Shown: positions 35,166-39,883 of the stretch, piece after piece
Numbering within the stretch: the stretch's first letter is position 1
How the letters are laid out: each line of letters opens with the position of its first letter
Source of the DNA: Paraglomus brasilianum
Taxonomy: Eukaryota
DNA length: 39,883 nucleotides
Direction: 5' to 3'
NCBI GenBank assembly: GCA_910592345.1
Contig: CAJVPI010000241.1
Span: 1-39,883, forward strand
The notes under the pieces: generated by a model
What the model was told of the DNA's origin: nothing
The model's database searches: none
The model's input: only the letters and a program-made list of their open reading frames with translations
Program-made: the position numbers and the translations under genes

Positions 35166-36174
35166 ATGGCTACGCCTACTTTCATCACTAATCTGAAAAA
35201 TCTTGCATATTAATATAACATTTTCAAAACTTTCGAAGATAGTATTGTTGATGGTAAGAGGTTCCAGAGTCAGACGAGTGTGCAAAATGCAGTAATAAAA
35301 TTTTTTTACACCCCATAAAAGCTGCCACAATCTTATCGTGTGGTCATATTGTTTATCGTATCTGTGTTGAGAAAGAACTATTACTTTCGCGAAAAGAATC
35401 ATGTCCTGTCCTTATCCTAACTGTAATAACCTCGTTGACATTCTTGAGGAATTTTTTGCGCTACCGCCTAGGCAAGATTCTGACTTGAGTACAGCATCAG
35501 TAATCGGTAGAATGGAAAAACATCTCACAATAGTATCTCAAGGAAACGCGGATGAAAATATGGTGGATGTGAACGACTCGCGAAGTGAAAATACTTCCAT
35601 ATCTGAAGCAGACGAACGTAGTCGCTCAAATAATGGAAGCGCTAACTTAGAGTCTAACAAAAGACCCCTCGAAGGTAAGAAAGCGAAGAAGCGAATTAAA
35701 AAGAAGCCTCTCCCTCGCTGAAGAGACTTATATCTGAATTGACCAATGAGACTTCCGAAACTTCTGGAGGCGCAGAGCGCTCTGCGAAAAAGTATACAGT
35801 AAAAACACTTTTTACAACTCAATAAGAATATTACTCATGCAGAATCCCGAAACGAAAGTACAAGCCGGGAAGTTATTCGATGCTATTATTGCTTTGGGGA
35901 TATTTTATCGCTTAAAAGTTTAGAATATGGCGATTTAGCATCCAAAACATTAGTTAATGGGAAGTGCGAAAACAAATTGGTGATAACATTTCCAACGACA
36001 CTCTACGTAAGAGAACTGAAAAGGCAAGGAAGATATTTGCTCTTTTTAATATCGGTTTTAAAGATAAGGGTAAGAACATTTACAGCATCGTCAATATCGA
36101 AATTAAGTTGGGAGGAGATTGAGTATGTATCGGCATCACATTCTCGGTCAATAGCAATAGATGACGTTAGTTGA
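35166..36174 (+). pseudogene. RING-finger expanded-family pseudogene
   Basis: Across stops and frameshifts: NLKNLAY*YNIFK..EVPESDECAKC...ILSCGHIVYRICVEK..CPYPNC...FLQLNKNITHAESRNE..EVIRCYYCFG...RVRTFTASSISKLSWEEIEYV. Confidence 0.7.
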
Positions 36175-36500
36175 AATTTTCCGATGGCGTAACACGGATT
36201 ATACATAATAATAATTCATCAGGGATACAATACAACATTGTTCTACGTGATATGCAAAGAAGCGTATAAAAGAGATTTTCACTTTGTCTTCATTACCCTT
36301 TGTCTCTGACGAAAGCATGGAGGGTTACCGATCTATTTCGCCAAGTGTGCTGGACCTGGTAACTGTGGTTGATTCGGCGCTTCAATACGGAGAAGTATCA
36401 CATGTTTGTGTAAGTAAAACCTATAAACAGGGCTGAGTTGGGCGGGCGCAGATCGCGACTCTTTTTGTCACTATCTTAAACATACCAAAAACATCTAGAC

Positions 36501-39500
36501 ATGGACTACTCACTGGACTCATGGGACTTTAGTGCTAAATATGGTCGGGACTATGGACAAGCAACGGGCAAGGAGATCAGAGATGCATATAGCAAATATG
36601 AAGACTTCTACGTCAAATATCATTGCAACTACCCCGGAACGACTACGGACTGCTATGCGGAATTTCTTGAAATGCTTGGTAAACAAGGTAAGCGACACAC
36701 ATTTATTGGGGGAGAAGAGTTTGAATACTGTTACTGGTTTTGTGCTATATTGCAAGAGAGGCAGTTGGGTGTTACCCTTCAGGGCGCAATGGGGCAGAGC
36801 TGGATTGTAGAGACATTATGGGTTCATAGAGCAGTAATGGAGAGAGAATAGTAATGCATTACAAACACACATTGGGAGGAGTATAGAATAGAGCTTAGTA
36901 AATGGTGGAGCCAAATTATAGCAGAGTTAGGTTATATGGAGAGAATGCATTGCAACATGTGTTGGAGTTGGACATAGAGCAGTCGTAGCAAAGGTTCAGT
37001 TATATGTAAATTCGTTTGAAAGGCAAATAAGCAGGATACTATATGTTTGGGTTAAGTAGAGTAGGAGTAACAGTGGTTATAGAGTGGCTATGGAACTATA
37101 CTACTATTACTATTGCGTGTGATGTCCACTAATTTGCACTTTTTGCTTTGTTTTTGTCTCTTTTACTTTATGCTTTAATAGAAGGAGCACAAAGTTCCAA
37201 AAGTGCTGATATCATGCATGCAGAAAACTTCTCAACACAGTTTTTGGCAGATGCATTCCGTAGAGAATATCGAGATCCATCAGGAGTTATAACCTACTTG
37301 CATAAGAAGCTTTGTGACTATGCTGCAGCATGGGATCTGGATAATTACTATTTTCCTGGTACTGCTGGAGTTCAAACCACAGGTTCTGGAAAGTCAAAGT
37401 CATTCATCACAATGTCTGAAAAAGGTGTATATGTAATCTATTGTAGCTTCATGCCAGAAAATGCAACAGGCTTCCCCAAAAGATCAACAATTGCAGACTA
37501 CTTGAACAGTGATAACTTGTTAGCAATTGAAATTGAGCGGCGATTCATTTGCTTCATATGTGCCTGTTTAGATGCTGTTGCCATCTGCCATCATGAAGGT
37601 ATTAACCCACGACATCTGTTAGACAACCATTTGCCATCAGGCAGTGAGTCTGATAACAAGTTTTGGCAGTGGATTCGGATTCACATGGAGCAAGTTTCTG
37701 AGGAACTCCAACCTGATTCATCACAGCCAATTACTCATACTTGTATTGCTGAAGTAATGGGATACTATACAAGATATGCAAATATTGAACAGCAGTATTC
37801 ATCTCAGGATTTTTTGACAAAACAACCAGAAAGGAATGAGTTTTATCCTGTCCTCTCCGTGTTCTATTTGTGTTCGATGAAGTTCAACAATTAACCAGTG
37901 ATGCTAGAAAATCCAAAATACTACAGTTAGCTCCTGCAGGGATACCAGAGCATGCTGATGAGACACACTCAAAAAATGCACAGGTTGATGGAAGTGGGGT
38001 CTTTGCAGGTTGCAGCATCTCCATTTATCTGCCTGCGCTGTGCTCTCCGTTGGTTACCCAGATTATCAGGAGTTTTTTCTGTATTTTTAGATACCACATC
38101 AAGAATCTCTAACCTCGCACTGCCAGTGGGACTGGATCCTTCAGAGCATGTTGTAGGTGGTGGAAGGAAGTTGTATCAGCCATTATATCTGCTAGCATGT
38201 GTGGATGTGGATATTCAAGAAATTTCCAACCACACTTTGGATGAAGTCTTTGTTCCAGCTGTACTATTTCGATATGGTAGACCATTATGGTCATCATTGA
38301 TTGGTCGTGAAACACATGAAGGAATTCGCAGGCTTGCTGCATCAAAGCTTGTTGGTGGTGGAGAACGTTACCTCAAACTTTGGAATGATGATAATCCTGA
38401 GCTGTTTCATGAACTTGAAGCACTAAGTATTTTACGCAGTCGCTTTCCATTCCAAGTATATAGATCTGATATGTCATCAGAACTTGTTGCAGGCTATCTC
38501 TCTTGGTGCCTGTACATATCTGAGGACCGCTGGCTGGTGAACTCATCCATGCCATCAGAGGCAGTCATTGCAGATGCTGGTGCAAGATGGATGTCAAAGC
38601 AAAGAGTTTTGAAGCAGTTGTTAAGTCACCTCATCAAGGCTATAACAACTGGCTGCATAGATGCTGGTCAAGGAGGAGAGATTTCCACACAGGCCTTAGC
38701 CATACTAGCCCGAGACAAGGTTGCACGTCATATTAATACCCCATTGGGTAATGATTCAGTTCCTTTTATGTCTACACCAATGTTTTTGAAGGACTTTCTA
38801 CAAGCTTTGTTTGCCCCATCTGTTGCAAAGAGTGTAGCAGAACGCAGTTTGAAATTATCAAAGAAGACCAAGCTGATGGATGTTGTCGCAATTGGCAAGA
38901 TTGCATTCACACATTTTGTCTATGTTGACAGAATTCCAAATATTGCAGAGATGCTTCTATTGTTTGCTCGTGGTGCAGCTGTTTGTTGTCGTCGGGGACA
39001 GCCAGGTTGTGATCTTATCATTATTATACTACTTCCTAATGAAAATGACCAGTACATACTTCAGGAGCAAAATATCACCTACTTGCTGATACAGGTGAAG
39101 AATTATCATAATCGTGCGAAAGATCCAGAATACAAGACTTCTGCAACAACAAAATTGTCATCAGCATTTGCAGGAATAGAACAGGCTCCCCGACATCTAT
39201 ATTTGTCAATGTATATGGGATTTGGTGGCAAAAAGGCTTGGCATGAGTTCCCTGAACCTGGAGTTCCTGTTTCAGCAAATGATGATATTCTGAAGGATTA
39301 CCTGGTAAAAGGCCCTGCATATGAATCAAAGCTCCAGCAGCTTTGCTCTAGCTGTCTCACACAAAAAACAGTGGAAACAATCCGACGTTACCGCCAAATT
39401 TCCTTTGCAGTTTTTGGGTTTGATGCTGAGTTGTATCCCTGCTGTGTTTTTCAAGAAAACTTGCTGCCACAACAACACAAACGACAACGTATCTCTACAA

Positions 39501-39706
39501 ATAAGTGTTTTGTTCAGATATGGGGTGGAAGTCATGAGTCTCAATTTGCAATGGAGCTTGGCCCAGAAACAACCTGCATTGTAAACTGTATCCACCGCTT
39601 ACTGCGAAGTTTTCCAGATCCTGTATCATTTCATTCAAATGAAGTGGAAAAACAGTTTGTGTGTAATATGGCAAAACCCACATATTGTTACGGCGCGCTG
39701 ATCTGA
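36501..39706 (+). pseudogene. P-loop NTPase plus PD-(D/E)xK REase protein (Crinkler-type C-terminal module), frameshifted
   Basis: Exon 36501-36687 splices in frame to 37182 (GTAAGC...TAG). Walker A VQTTGSGKS; Walker B RVLFVFDE only in a shifted frame (~37858-37881); FLDTTSRISN, YGRPLW, PSEAVIADA; REase-like QPGCDLII...LLIQVKN. A possible extra 5' exon lies at ~36317-36409. Confidence 0.75.
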
Positions 39707-39883
39707 TGAATCAGATAAGTAAGTCACATGGTAAAATCTTCCTCCGCAGTCATGCAGATCCAATGATCGACAATTAATTTTGGTATAGTAATACGCGATA
39801 CCATCCGTTGCATATTTTGAGCATCAGACTAGTTAACTTAAAATCTATTGGTCCTTGAAAATTGTCGATTACTGATTCCTTTT

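Overview
AT-rich, intron-rich eukaryotic DNA, most consistent with an early-diverging fungus (Mucoromycota, probably Glomeromycotina); the lineage is inferred from intron style, gene families and repeat content. Spliced genes reconstructed by hand: a small TM plus ubiquitin-like-fold protein (750-1237, -), a bacterial-type TlpA/redoxin with a WCWPC active site (3703-4472, +), an SS18/SSXT-family SWI/SNF subunit with a polyQ and G/N-rich tail (4742-7037, -), transketolase (11037-13793, -; one GC-AG intron), VPS8 (21355-27995, +) and a uridine phosphorylase-like enzyme (29615-30849, -). Between 15.4 and 20.4 kb lies a cluster of partly nested Tc1/mariner and pogo DNA-transposon remnants. The last 7 kb holds decayed expanded-family genes: a Crinkler-like fragment, a RING pseudogene and a frameshifted P-loop NTPase plus REase (Crinkler-type) gene. 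The least explained signal is the ORF-less stretch between VPS8 and the phosphorylase (about 28.35-29.2 kb). It carries strong splice signals around 5-14 nt micro-exons, an ACA-box hairpin with a two-part match to conserved LSU rRNA, and a ~290-nt multi-helix fold that matches no RNA family I recognise. All exon models and RNA folds were read by eye and are unverified by RNA data or searches.
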